The translations under genes and the position numbers were made by a program. A model generated the notes under the pieces. That model was not told where the DNA came from and did no database searches. It saw only the letters and a list, made by a program, of their open reading frames with translations. Positions 1 through 10,256 of a DNA stretch of 64,000 nucleotides are shown here, one piece after another (position 1 is the stretch's first letter; each line of letters starts with the position of its first letter). Source of the DNA: an uncultured Planctomycetaceae bacterium (GTDB lineage: Bacteria > Planctomycetota > Planctomycetia > Planctomycetales > Planctomycetaceae); the NCBI GenBank assembly GCA_963815195.1, contig CAWFGE010000010.1, forward strand, positions 384,001 through 448,000, written 5' to 3'.

Positions 1-1110
1 CAGAATCGCCCAGTGCGCCTTGGCCAGACGTAGCGGCCAGGTTTTGGGCTGGCCCGTCCGCGGATCGAAGCCCAGCGTCGGAAGCGGAATCTGATCGCCC
101 GCGATGCCTCCGCCCCAGGATTTCGGCGGCGGTAGGATGTGGGCGTCTTGCCAGGGCGCGGTCGTGTGATACCGGTCGCCCGGCGGACGAACCTCGGCTT
201 TGTTTTCGATCCAAACTTGGACGTTCTTGAGGCCCGAAACGCCGACCTGGGCGTAGCCCGTGATGGGAATCGGCGTATTCGGCTTGATCTTGGCGGGGTA
301 CGACAACGTGGCCGCGAAGGTTTTGAGCGGGCTGTCCAGATCGTTGTTGCCCTTGGCGTAGGTGTCGTTTGCGTGTGACAGGTTGGAGAGCACGACCGTG
401 GTCAGCCATTTGATCGACTTGAACCCGTAGTGCTCGGGAACCACGACCCGCACCGGTCCGCCTCGCTCCGGCGTGAGCCATTCGCCGTTGAGCTTGTAGC
501 ACAAAATCACCGGCGGCAGGTCGAAGGGATCCTCCAGTACCCGGCCCACGGGCAGCGAGACTCTTAAACATCTGCTTCTCGTCGTCGTTGTGGTATCCGT
601 AATAAAACACCCGGCGGAGATCCTCGCGGGGCTCGGTCATCCATAGTACCTCCCGCAGCGGCACGCCTTCCCAAATCCCCGTTCCCAGCGGGCAGCCGAT
701 GTTGAGGCACGTCATCACCTTGGCGAACCGCACGGCTTTGGTCTCGGCCAGTTTCATCAGCCCGGCGAAATCGAGAGCGGTGTTCTGGGCCTTGGTGAGA
801 GGCTCCGCAGCCGGGCCGGGTTTTCGGGATCGCCGATGACTTCGAGCCTCCAGGTCTCGCGGGTGAGTCCCACTTCTTTGCGTTTTTCCTCCGGCAGCGA
901 ATGCGGCAGCGGCTTGCCTCGCGAGACATCTTGAAACTTGTCCGGCAACGTCAGCCAGGTTTCCATGCGATCGATAGCATCCTCCAGGAGCGGATCCCGC
1001 TCCGCGTCCGCCGCCCAGAGCGGCCAGGTCGCGAGAGCCGCTGCCCCACCGAGGCCGCACTTCAAAAAATACCGCCGCGCGAGTTCGGCATGTTCTTCGA
1101 GAAACGACAT
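1..1110 (-). CDS. Molybdopterin-dependent oxidoreductase (sulfite oxidase/MsrP-like), 3' end outside window, frameshifted
   Basis: Tat-like N-terminus (ARRYFLKCGLGGAAALA), then ETWRLEV, KVMTCLNIGCPLG and RGGPVRVVVPEHYGFKSIKW motifs across frames; indels near 780 and 565. Confidence 0.75.
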
Positions 1111-1374
1111 GGAAACCTCCCGTTCTCGGGTTTCAGATTTCGTCTTACTCTTGATTCATCTCAGTGTACCCGTTTCTCAGAAAAATCACTCGCGACTGGG
1201 TACGAAACTTGGGCCTATCCATTTTTGGCTTCTTCTGACGTGATCGGTTCGCCAGGGATTTCGATGGCGGATTTCACAACATCATGATTCTGTGACGCAT
1301 GATTCCGCCCTTATTCGAAAAACAGACGGCGAGCCAAAGTCTCGCGACGCCGGCGATTTCAGTACAATGACTGG

Positions 1375-1962
1375 ATGAAAGCTCCCAAGCGAAATTGGTG
1401 GTGGCTGCTCATTCCGGCGGCGGGATTGGCGTTGGTTTTCGTGTTGGCCGTTCGGCATTCGCGCCAGACCGCGGCGATCGGCCACATTGAAAGTCTGGGC
1501 GGGCGGGTGCTGACGACGCACGGGGAACCGGACTGGCTCCTGCGGGTCACCCGCGGGCGGTCGTTCCCGGTCTTCCAAAGGGCGACGCTCGTCAATCTCA
1601 GCGAAACCGGCGCCCGCGACGACGACCTCGCGTCTCTGGAGCGGCTGAACGGTTTGGAGCGCCTGAACCTCGCCAACACAGAGATCACGGACAAAGGGCT
1701 TGTCCATCTCGAAGGATTGAGGGATCTCAAGGCCCTCGATTTGAACGGCACCCATGTGACCGGGGCGGGGCTCGAACATCTTCGTTCCCTGACAGAACTC
1801 GAATACCTCTATCTCCAGGGGACCCGGGTGGGCGATGAGGACTTGCCGGCTTTGGAGGGGTTCAAACACCTCCGGCTCTTGGATGTTGCGGGAACGGATG
1901 TCACCCCGAAAGCCGCGGCCGAGATCAATCGGCATCTCCCCGATGTCGAGGTGAGGCAATAA
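1375..1962 (+). CDS. Membrane-anchored leucine-rich repeat protein
   Basis: N-terminal TM helix then ~24-aa LRRs (LERLNLANTEITDKGLVHL, LKALDLNGTHVTGAGLEHL). Confidence 0.85.
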   Translation: MKAPKRNWWWLLIPAAGLALVFVLAVRHSRQTAAIGHIESLGGRVLTTHGEPDWLLRVTRGRSFPVFQRATLVNLSETGARDDDLASLERLNGLERLNLANTEITDKGLVHLEGLRDLKALDLNGTHVTGAGLEHLRSLTELEYLYLQGTRVGDEDLPALEGFKHLRLLDVAGTDVTPKAAAEINRHLPDVEVRQ

Positions 1963-1992
1963 TTCTGCCCGAACGAACGAGGAACGCGTTTC

Positions 1993-2460
1993 ATGCCCAA
2001 ACTGAGTGCAGGCCTCTTGATGTACCGGATCGCCGACGGCGAGTTGGAGGTGCTGTTGGCCCATCCGGGCGGCCCGTTCTTTCGGAACAAAGACGAAGGC
2101 GCGTGGTCGATTCCCAAAGGGGAGCCCGATCCCGAGGAAGACCTCCTGGCGGCGGCGCGGCGGGAATTCGCGGAAGAAACCGGCGTCACTCCCGCGGGGC
2201 CGTTCCAGGCTTTGTCGCCCGTCAAGCAAAAGGGAGGCAAAGTCGTCCATGCCTGGGCGTTCCTGGGCGATTGCGACCCGGTGGGACTGGTCAGCAATAC
2301 GTTTCCGATGGAATGGCCGCCCAAATCCGGCCGGCAGATGGAATTTCCGGAGATAGACAAAACCGAGTTTTTCCCCCTGGAAATCGCCAAACGGAAGATC
2401 AACCCCGCCCAGATTCCCCTGTTGGACGAACTTGAGAGGATTCTGAAGGAAGCCGGCTGA
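1993..2460 (+). CDS. NUDIX hydrolase
   Basis: LLAHPGGPFF...WSIPKGE...AARREFAEETG Nudix box. Confidence 0.9.
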   Translation: MPKLSAGLLMYRIADGELEVLLAHPGGPFFRNKDEGAWSIPKGEPDPEEDLLAAARREFAEETGVTPAGPFQALSPVKQKGGKVVHAWAFLGDCDPVGLVSNTFPMEWPPKSGRQMEFPEIDKTEFFPLEIAKRKINPAQIPLLDELERILKEAG

Positions 2461-2552
2461 TCTCCTCTTAACCGGCGGAATGCGGGCAGGATGAAAATTG
2501 TGACGCCAAAAACAGTTGACGAGCCGCGAAAACCGACTACAATGAATGGAAA

Positions 2553-2569
2553 TTGAGACTCAATCTCAA
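2553..2569. promoter_or_regulatory. Fur-like iron-responsive palindrome upstream of bfd
   Basis: TTGAGA-CTCAA-TCTCAA perfect 6-5-6 inverted repeat; also fits a 7-1-7 Fur-box geometry. Confidence 0.6.
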
Positions 2570-2647
2570 CAGTGTTTTCCCGGTTTGTTCGAAATAAAGG
2601 CTCGCTCGTCGCTGTAGCGCGAGAAGCGAGCGATTTTGGGAGCGAGG

Positions 2648-2878
2648 ATGGCGATGTCCCCATCCACTGACAAAGTGATCTGCCACTGCCTGGGCGTGAC
2701 GGAATCCGACATTCGTTCCGCAGTTTCCACCGGAACGGTGCAATCGCTCCAATGCGTGATGAACGGCACGGGAGCGGGCACCGGGTGCACGGCGTGCCTC
2801 CGGCGGATTCACTCCCTGATCTGTGAAGGCTGTCCTCAGTCCGCGTCGCCGCAGCCCGCGGCCTGCGTCGCCAAATAG
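2648..2878 (+). CDS. bfd: Bacterioferritin-associated [2Fe-2S] ferredoxin
   Basis: VICHCLGVTESDI...GAGTGCTAC Bfd cysteine pattern; adjacent to bfr. Confidence 0.85.
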   Translation: MAMSPSTDKVICHCLGVTESDIRSAVSTGTVQSLQCVMNGTGAGTGCTACLRRIHSLICEGCPQSASPQPAACVAK

Positions 2879-3321
2879 AGTTCGATGCTGGTCGTATCGA
2901 TCACGTGCTGCTGGGCTTCGAGCCAGTCCACGCTTTCTTCGGTTTCTTTGAGGATCCGCTCCATCACCTCTCGGCTGCCGTTGTCTTTTTTGTCCGCGGC
3001 GAGGCGGATGCCGTCGTTGTAAGTGGCGACGCCGTGGAGTTCGAGTTTGAGGCTGTTGTCCAACTGCTCCTGGACACTTTGCCCGACGCGGATCACATCG
3101 TAGCGGGCGATTTCCGGGACGCCGTCGAGAAACAGAATGCGGTCGATCAGGTATTCCGCATGCTTCATTTCCTCGATGGATTCCTCGTAAAAATGCTTGG
3201 CCAACCGCTCGTAGCCCCAGTTGCCGCACATCTTGGCCTGGATAAAGTACTGGTTGATGGCCGTCAGTTCGATCGTCAGCCCGGCATTGAGGGCGTCGAT
3301 CACGTCTTGGTCGCCTTTCAT
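2836..3321 (-). CDS. bfr: Bacterioferritin
   Basis: MKGDQDVIDALN...ELTAINQYF...ESIEEMKHA...RILFLDG. Confidence 0.95.
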   Translation of the reverse strand: MKGDQDVIDALNAGLTIELTAINQYFIQAKMCGNWGYERLAKHFYEESIEEMKHAEYLIDRILFLDGVPEIARYDVIRVGQSVQEQLDNSLKLELHGVATYNDGIRLAADKKDNGSREVMERILKETEESVDWLEAQQHVIDTTSIELYLATQAAGCGDAD

Positions 3322-3463
3322 GCTGCGTTTTCCTTTCGCTTCGTGCAAGGGGGGAAGTGTGTCCCAATAAGTAGGTCTGTTGGCAACGGTTTGAGGGAAT
3401 TGTAAAAGCCCGCCCGCCCTATCTGCCACCAGTTCGGCCTGGAAATTGGCGATTTTTTTCGAT

Positions 3464-3505
3464 TGACAATGCGTCTCGCCAGGATCGGCGAGCGAATGAA
3501 TCTCA
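3464..3505. promoter_or_regulatory. Two degenerate Fur-like 7-1-7 boxes upstream of bfr
   Basis: TGACAAT-g-CGTCTCG (3464-3478) and AGCGAAT-g-AATCTCA (3491-3505) resemble the 2553 box. Confidence 0.4.
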
Positions 3506-3713
3506 ATTCCCCTCAAACCCGATTCGGATCTCCACAACTTATTGACAGCCCGCCCCGACCTTCGCAGTTTTTCAAAACTTTCTCAGCCTGAAATTCCAGG
3601 GGAATTCGCTCCCGGCGCGGCGTGCGCGGGCAATTTCCTCGGCAATCGGTGATTCGTTTTTTTATTATTGGTATTGAAGGGGATGCTCACTCACTTGAGG
3701 AGGGATTCGAGAG

Positions 3714-3745
3714 AGGACGACGGTGGAACTGTCGTCCTTTATTTC
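3714..3745 (+). terminator. Terminator-like hairpin with a GGA-containing loop
   Basis: AGGACGACGG-TGGAA-CTGTCGTCCT 10-bp stem followed by TTATTTC. Confidence 0.5.
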
Positions 3746-4095
3746 ATTTGAGATCCTCGATGACTCGCCTCATCGCCAAAGCCCCCCGATGAGCACCCGC
3801 GAGGGCACATGTTGTGGATCAATTCGAGTCATCCACAAGTTGTGCACATGGATTTGAGGGCGGAGAAATAATCTCAAAAACTGCAAGTCTTTTCCAGGGC
3901 TTGTGTTGCGGCTTGAAGTGCCCACACAGCGCGGCAGGCGGCTTGGCGGGGCACTGCGGACCCGTTATCTAATGGGGTGGATTGGCGAATTGGCCGCTTT
4001 GTGTACCTCCGAAGGGATGCGATCGGGCGGCAGTACCGGCTGCCGCCCTTTTTCTTCCCCCACACCTCATGGACCTCAAGGAAGGAAAGAGACCC

Positions 4096-4293
4096 GTGTT
4101 AGTGCTATCCCGCCGACAGGATGAGAGAATCATCATCGATGACAATATCGTGATCACCATCGTGGAAATCCGGGGCGACACCGTGCGTCTGGGGATCGAT
4201 GCACCCCGGGACATTCCGGTGCATCGCGAGGAGGTGTACCACGCCATCCAGCGGACCAAAGCCGAGCCCATGGGCACCGCCCCCGGCGAATGA
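4096..4293 (+). CDS. csrA: Carbon storage regulator CsrA
   Basis: GTG start, (M)LVLSRRQDERIIIDDNIVITIVEIRGDTVRLGIDAPRDIPVHREEVY; AAGGAAGGA SD upstream. Confidence 0.95.
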   Translation: MLVLSRRQDERIIIDDNIVITIVEIRGDTVRLGIDAPRDIPVHREEVYHAIQRTKAEPMGTAPGE

Positions 4294-4369
4294 ACGGCCC
4301 TGGCTCGGGCGTCCTCTTTGCGGTCGCCACGGCCTTCGCTGCGCTCGCGACGTGCCACGGAATCGCATT

Positions 4370-5788
4370 TTACGCAATCACATCGTGCACCACGCGGCCG
4401 TGCACGTCGGTGAGACGGAAATCCCGCCCGGAGTAGCGGTACGTCAGCCGTTCGTGATCGAGCCCCATCAAGTGCAGGATCGTGGCGTGCAGGTCGTGGA
4501 CGTGGACGCGGTTTTCGACGGCGTGCATGCCGAACTCGTCCGTCGCCCCGTACATCAACCCGCCCTTCGTTCCGCCGCCGGCGAGGAACATCGAAAACCC
4601 GGTGTTGTGGTGATCGCGGCCGGGCTTTTTCTTTTTGTTGTTCTTGTCGATCTGGGCATAAGGCGTGCGGCCGAACTCGCCGCCCCAAATCACCAGCGTA
4701 TCGTCCAAGAGTCCCCGCAGTTTCAGGTCGCCAATGAGCGCTGCGGTCGCGCGGTCGCTGTCGGCGCACAATCGGCGGTGGCCGTTGTCGTTGTCCGTAT
4801 GCGTGTCCCAAGGCTGTTTGCCGCCCTTGGTGACGTAATAGACTTGGACATATCGCACGTCGGCTTCCAACAATCGGCGGGCCAAGAGGCACGACCGCCC
4901 GAACACGCTGCTGCCGTAGGCTTCCTGCGTGGCCTTCGATTCCTGGCTGATGTCGAACACCTCGGTCGCTTCCCGCTGCATGGCAAACGCCATTTCCATC
5001 GCCTGGATTTGGGATTCGAGGGCATCATCGCCGCCGCGGTTCTCGGCGTGCAGGCGGTTCAGTCGGCCCAGCAAATCCAACTGTTTCCGCTGCTGGCCCC
5101 TGTCCCAGCGGGGATGGCGGATGTTGGCGACGAGTTTTTCCACCGCCATGTCGTTGGTGTCCACCGCCATGCCCTGATGCTCGCCCGGCAGAAACGAATT
5201 GGACCAAAGTTGCGGCCCCACCACGGGCAGCCCCGGACACAGGCACACAAAGCTCGGCAGGTTTTTGTTCTCGCTCCCCAAACCATAGGACAGCCAGGAC
5301 CCCATCGAGGGCCGAATCGGCTGGATGTTCCCGGAGTGCATCAACAACAGCCCCGGCTCGTGGTTCGGGACATCGGTGTGCATCGAGCGGAGGATGCACA
5401 AGTCGTCGGCGTGGCGGGCGAGGTTCGGGAAGAGTTCGCTCATCACCACGCCGCTCTCGCCGTGCGGCTGGAACTTGAACGGCGAAGGCATAAACCCCGC
5501 GCCCCGGCCCTTGGAGCGCTCGCTCGGCGTTTCGCCTTCGTGCTCTTTGAGGGCGGGCTTGGGATCGAACGTGTCCACGTGCGAAGGAGCGCCGTTCATG
5601 AACAGATACAGCACCCGCTTGGCCTTGGGCGCGAAATGCGGCCGAAGCTGATCCGGCTTCGCCGCCGCTGCGGAAGACAAAAGCCCCCCGTCGCTCAAAG
5701 CCCCCGCAAGCCCCAACATCCCAAACCCCGCCCCGGCCCGCCCGAGCATCTGCCGGCGAGTGAATCCAGTCGAATGAGGGTCAACCAT
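4370..5788 (-). CDS. DUF1501 domain protein (Planctomycete sulfatase-like)
   Basis: Tat signal TRRQML, KAKRVLYLFMNGAPSHVDTFDPKP, WGGEFGRTP, GRDHH, RDFRLTDVHG. Confidence 0.92.
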   Translation of the reverse strand: MVDPHSTGFTRRQMLGRAGAGFGMLGLAGALSDGGLLSSAAAAKPDQLRPHFAPKAKRVLYLFMNGAPSHVDTFDPKPALKEHEGETPSERSKGRGAGFMPSPFKFQPHGESGVVMSELFPNLARHADDLCILRSMHTDVPNHEPGLLLMHSGNIQPIRPSMGSWLSYGLGSENKNLPSFVCLCPGLPVVGPQLWSNSFLPGEHQGMAVDTNDMAVEKLVANIRHPRWDRGQQRKQLDLLGRLNRLHAENRGGDDALESQIQAMEMAFAMQREATEVFDISQESKATQEAYGSSVFGRSCLLARRLLEADVRYVQVYYVTKGGKQPWDTHTDNDNGHRRLCADSDRATAALIGDLKLRGLLDDTLVIWGGEFGRTPYAQIDKNNKKKKPGRDHHNTGFSMFLAGGGTKGGLMYGATDEFGMHAVENRVHVHDLHATILHLMGLDHERLTYRYSGRDFRLTDVHGRVVHDVIA

Positions 5789-5800
5789 GATAGGCCTCTT

Positions 5801-5844
5801 TCTTAATCTCAATCTTAATCTTAATCGTACTCTTAATCTTAATC
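5801..5844. repeat. AT-rich hexamer tandem repeat (TCTTAA)n
   Basis: tcttaa tctcaa tcttaa tcttaa tcgtac tcttaa tcttaa tc between the DUF1553 and DUF1501 genes. Confidence 0.85.
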
Positions 5845-5893
5845 CGAAAACTGCCGGTTGGGTGTGTGGGGCCGGCGGCTAGCGCCGTTCCGC

Positions 5894-8056
5894 TCAATCG
5901 ATAAACAACAATTCGTTCGACGCCAACAGCACCTGGGCATACTGCGTCCAACGGTCCAAGGAATCCGGTTCGCTTCCAAAGAACTCCGCGGCAAGCTGCT
6001 TTTTCTTCCGCGCGCGGCGGCCGGCCGTAACAGAGTTCATAAGCCCGGGTGATGCGGTCTTCGTTCTCGGGCGAGGTTTCGATCAGGCGTTTCGCCAAAG
6101 CCTCGGCCTGGGCGACCATGAAGGGGCTGTTCATCGCGAACAGCTTTTGCAGCGGCGTGGTCGTTTCGACCCGGCGTTCGCTGTGCGTGTTGGGGTCGGG
6201 AAAATCGAACAGGGCCAGCATGTGGTTCAGTTCCAGCCGGCTGATTTTGCTGTAAACGGTGCTCCGGCGGGATTTCGGATCTTGCGGATCGATCGATTCC
6301 CGCCGACTTGGGGATCCGAGCCGGCCGGAGACCGAGAGAATCGCGTCCCGCCATTGTTCGATGCTCATGCGTCTTCGGGGCATGCGGGCCAGGAGCGTGT
6401 TCGCGGGATCGAGTTTCTCGGCTTGGGGATTGCCCGTGCTGCTTTGGCCATAGGTGGCCGAGAGCACGATTTCCCGGTGCAGCCATTTGAGCGACCAGCC
6501 GTTTTCCATAAACCGCACCGCGAGGTCATCGAGCAGCTTCGGATGCGTGGGCTCTTCGCCGAGGGTGCCGAAGTTGCTGGGCGTGCGCCACCAGCGGCTG
6601 ATCGAAATACTGCCCCCACACGCGGTTGACGATCACGCGGGCCGTCAGCGGGTTTTGGGGATTGGCGATGTCGTTCGCGAGTTCCAGGCGGCCGCTGCCG
6701 GTCTCGAACGGCGTTTTGTCCGCATCGAGAATCTGCAAGAACCGCCGCTTCACGACCGGGCCTTTGTTGTTCACGTCGCCGCGGATATAAACCGGCAGAT
6801 CGGTCGGCTTGTCGTCCTTGATGATGTGCATGGCGTTTTCGGGCTTGGGCTTGCCTTTCTTGCCGCGCTCTTTGCCCTCCTGTTTGCCCTCTTTGGTATC
6901 GTCCAGCGGCTGGTTGACCATGCTCGTGCTCGCGAACACCCCGGCGAGCAGCATAATAGTCTTCGGTTTCGATCGGATCGTATTTGTGGTCGTGGCAGCG
7001 GGCGCAGGCGACCGTCAATCCCAACAGACCCCGGCCGACGACGTCCACGCGGTCTTCCCATTCGTCGGCCATGACCTCGGGCGAGTTTCGGCGGTAATAC
7101 TTCGGCCCCACGCCGATGAACCCGAGCGCCACGCGGTTTGGCTCCTCGGCCTTGTCCATCAAGTCGGCCGCGAGCTGCAGGCGAACGAACCGGTCGTAAG
7201 GCACATCGTCGTTCAAAGCCTGGATCACCCAATCGCGGTAGAGATAGGCATTCGGATAACACAGCGAATTGTCGTTTCCCACGATGTGGGCCTGGTCCTC
7301 GGCGTAGCGGGCGATGTCCAGCCACATCCTCGCCCAATGCTCGCCGAAGTGCGCGGAAGCGAGCAGCCGTTCGACGACTTTCCGCTTCGCATCGGGAGAT
7401 TCATCCGCGACAAAGGCTTCGACCTCTTGGGGCGTGGGCGGCAAGCCGATCAGATCGAACGTCACCCGCCGGAGCCAAACCCGCCGATCGGCCGGCGGCG
7501 CGGGCGCGAGTTTCGCGTCTTCCATCCGTTTGAGCACAAACGCATCCAGCGGCCGTTTGATCCATGCGGAGTTTTGAACCGGAGGCGGATCGGATTTTCG
7601 CGGCGGCTGGAACGACCAGAACTTGCGGGCCTCCGCGAAGTCGATGTCCGGCTTCGCCGGGACGGCCGGCTTCTCGCCGGCTTTTCGCGGATCGGGCGCG
7701 CCCATTTCGATCCACTTTTTGAAGTCCGCAATGACTTTCGCATCCAGTTTGCCTTTGGGGGGCATCTCGAAGCTCTCGTAATTGAGGGCCTCGATCAGCA
7801 GGCTTTCGTCGGGCTTGCCGGGCACGATCGCCGCCCCGGAATCCCCGCCCGTGACGAACCCATCGCGGGAATCCAGATTCAGGTTCCCCTTGAGTTCGCC
7901 CTTCGCCTTCGCGGAATGGCACGCGGCACACTCTTTGATCAGCACCGGGCGGATGCGTTTCTCGAAAAAGTCGATTCCCGCATCGTCCGCCGCCCGCGCG
8001 GGCAGGTGAAGACCCAAAACCAACACGAACAGCGAAATGGAAAGCGTCTTACTCAT
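5894..8056 (-). CDS. Planctomycete cytochrome c + DUF1549/DUF1553 (PSD1) protein, frameshifted
   Basis: FFEKRIRPVL..ECAACH, WLRRVTFDLIGLPP, CARCHDHKYDPI, NPLTARVIVNRVW, ends ASNELLFID; indels near 6950, 6580, 6000. Confidence 0.88.
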
Positions 8057-8255
8057 AGGGGCAGGCAAGAACAAGAAGGAGGATTCAAGGCAGGAAGTTT
8101 TTTTATCTATCCAACCATACCAAATCCTTGATGAGTCGGCCACCGCTCCAGCCGAAATCCTTGAGCGGCTGGGCGCTCGCCGCCGGTCTTGGAAGTCGCT
8201 CAAGAATCACCGGCGGCTACGCAGAGCCGCTCACGTGAAGGCGGCACCGGGCCGT

Positions 8256-10256
8256 TCAAGCCGGCGGACCGGTTTCGCCGGAATCATTGGAAGATGGCGG
8301 TCGGCGGCCGATGGTTTTGAGGAGGCCCAACAATAACACCGCCGCGATCGGCAGCGAGACGTAAGGCGAAACGCCCCACGCGACGGGAACATAGCCCAGC
8401 CCCAACGAGACGAGCCCGACGGTGAGGGCATAAGGCATCTGCGTGCCGACGTGGGCCAGGTGATCGCAGCCGGAGGCGGCGGACGACAGCACGGTCGTGT
8501 CCGAGATCGGCGAGCAATGGTCCCCGAAAATCGAACCGGCGAGCACCGCCCCGATCGTGCCGAGCATAAACGGATGGCTGGTGATGTCGGCGGTCTCGCC
8601 CGTCATCAGGTAGTAGGTCAGCGTGATGCACAAAGGCATGAGGAGACCCATCGTGGCGAAGCTGCTGCCCGTGGCAAACGACACCGCCGCCGAGACGACA
8701 AACGCCGTCGCAGGCATCCACGCCGCGGAAAGATTCCCGCCGAGGCCGTCGATGATAAACCCCGCCGTGTTGAGATGCTGATCGTCGCAGAGCCCGGCGA
8801 TGCTCCAGGCCAGGACCAGAATCACCACGGCGAGGAGCATGCTCTGAAGGCCTTTGATGCCCGCGGCCACGGTGTCGGATAGCGACAGCGATTTGAGCGA
8901 GATCGCCGACAGACCCGCCGCGATCAGAGGCGCTGAACGCCGAATAGAGGAGCACGTTGTAAGTGTCGGGGCTTTCGGGATGGACCTGCATCTCCCACGT
9001 GATGCCCGCCGCCAACACGCCCAAGAGCACCGAAAGCGGCAAGAGGGCATTGACGATCGTGTATTGTCCGGGCGGAGCGTCCGTGTCTTCGTCCAGATGC
9101 ATCGCCGGGACTTCGGAAGGATGGGGATCGCGCGCCATGCGGGCTTCGCATTCGCGCATCGGTCCGAAATCCCGCCCGGTCCACGCCACCGCGCCGACGA
9201 ACACCAACAGCAGCAGCGGATAAAACCGGAAAGGAATTGTCGCGAGGAACACGCTGTAAGCATCGGCTTCGAGGCCCAGTTGTTTGAGCGCGGGCCCGAT
9301 CTGCCCGAGTTCAAAACCGACCCAGGTCGAGACCACAGCCAAACCCGCGACGGGGGCCGATGTCGAGTCCACCAGAAACGCCAGCTTCTCACGCGAGATG
9401 CGGAGCCGATCCGAGACCGAGCGCATCGTGCTGCCCACGAGCAGCGTGTTGGCGTAATCATCGAAGAACACCACCAGCCCCAACAGCCACGTCATCACCT
9501 GGCCGTGCTCGCGGGTCCGGGCAAATCGGGTCAAGCGGTCGACCAAGGCCCGCGTGCCGCCGCTGGCGGACATGACCCCGATCATTCCGCCGAGCATCAG
9601 CGTGAACATCACGGCCCGCATATGGTCGGTGCCGCCGTCGGGCGGAGCGAGCTGGTGGAGCAGATAGGTGTCGATCATCCGCAGGAAGGCCAAAAACGGA
9701 TTGCCCCCCGCGAGCACCATCGCTCCCGCGAACACGCCCGCCAACAGGGCCACGATCACATCCTTAAACCACACCGCGAGAACGATTGCGACCAAAGGCG
9801 GCAGCAGGCTGAACCATTTCCAGACCAGCCGCACGTCCCGCCGGACTGTTTGGCCGCCTGCGGTGACGCGGAGTTCCGATTGCTCGATATACACGCGGCG
9901 GGCGGCGCTTAAGTCGGTGTGGATTTCCAGAACGCCGTCTTTCCAATCGCCCGCCGGGACGGCTTTGCCGTTTTGCGTGATTCGCAAGCCCACGATTTGC
10001 AGCGGGCCTTGGAACGCCTTGTCCACATGGCCTTGGGGATCGAGCGCGGTGATGCGAACTGCTTGCCCTTTCGCCAACGGGACATCCCGCAAAACAACCG
10101 CAGGAGCTTCAACGCGAAACCGCGGCGGCGGTTCGGTTTGGGAATCGGCGTCCGCCTGAGGCGCGAATGCGGAACGACGCATGCGAAAACAAAACCGGCA
10201 AGCAGCAAACAGAAAAACAAGCGGTTTGGATTACGGCGAAGTCGCGAGAAAATCAT
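8256..10256 (-). CDS. Na+/H+ antiporter NhaC-family protein, frameshifted
   Basis: SLLPPLVAIVLA, FFDDYANTL, ISREKLAFLVDSTSAP, FATGSSFATM, FGDHCSPISDTT. Confidence 0.85.
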
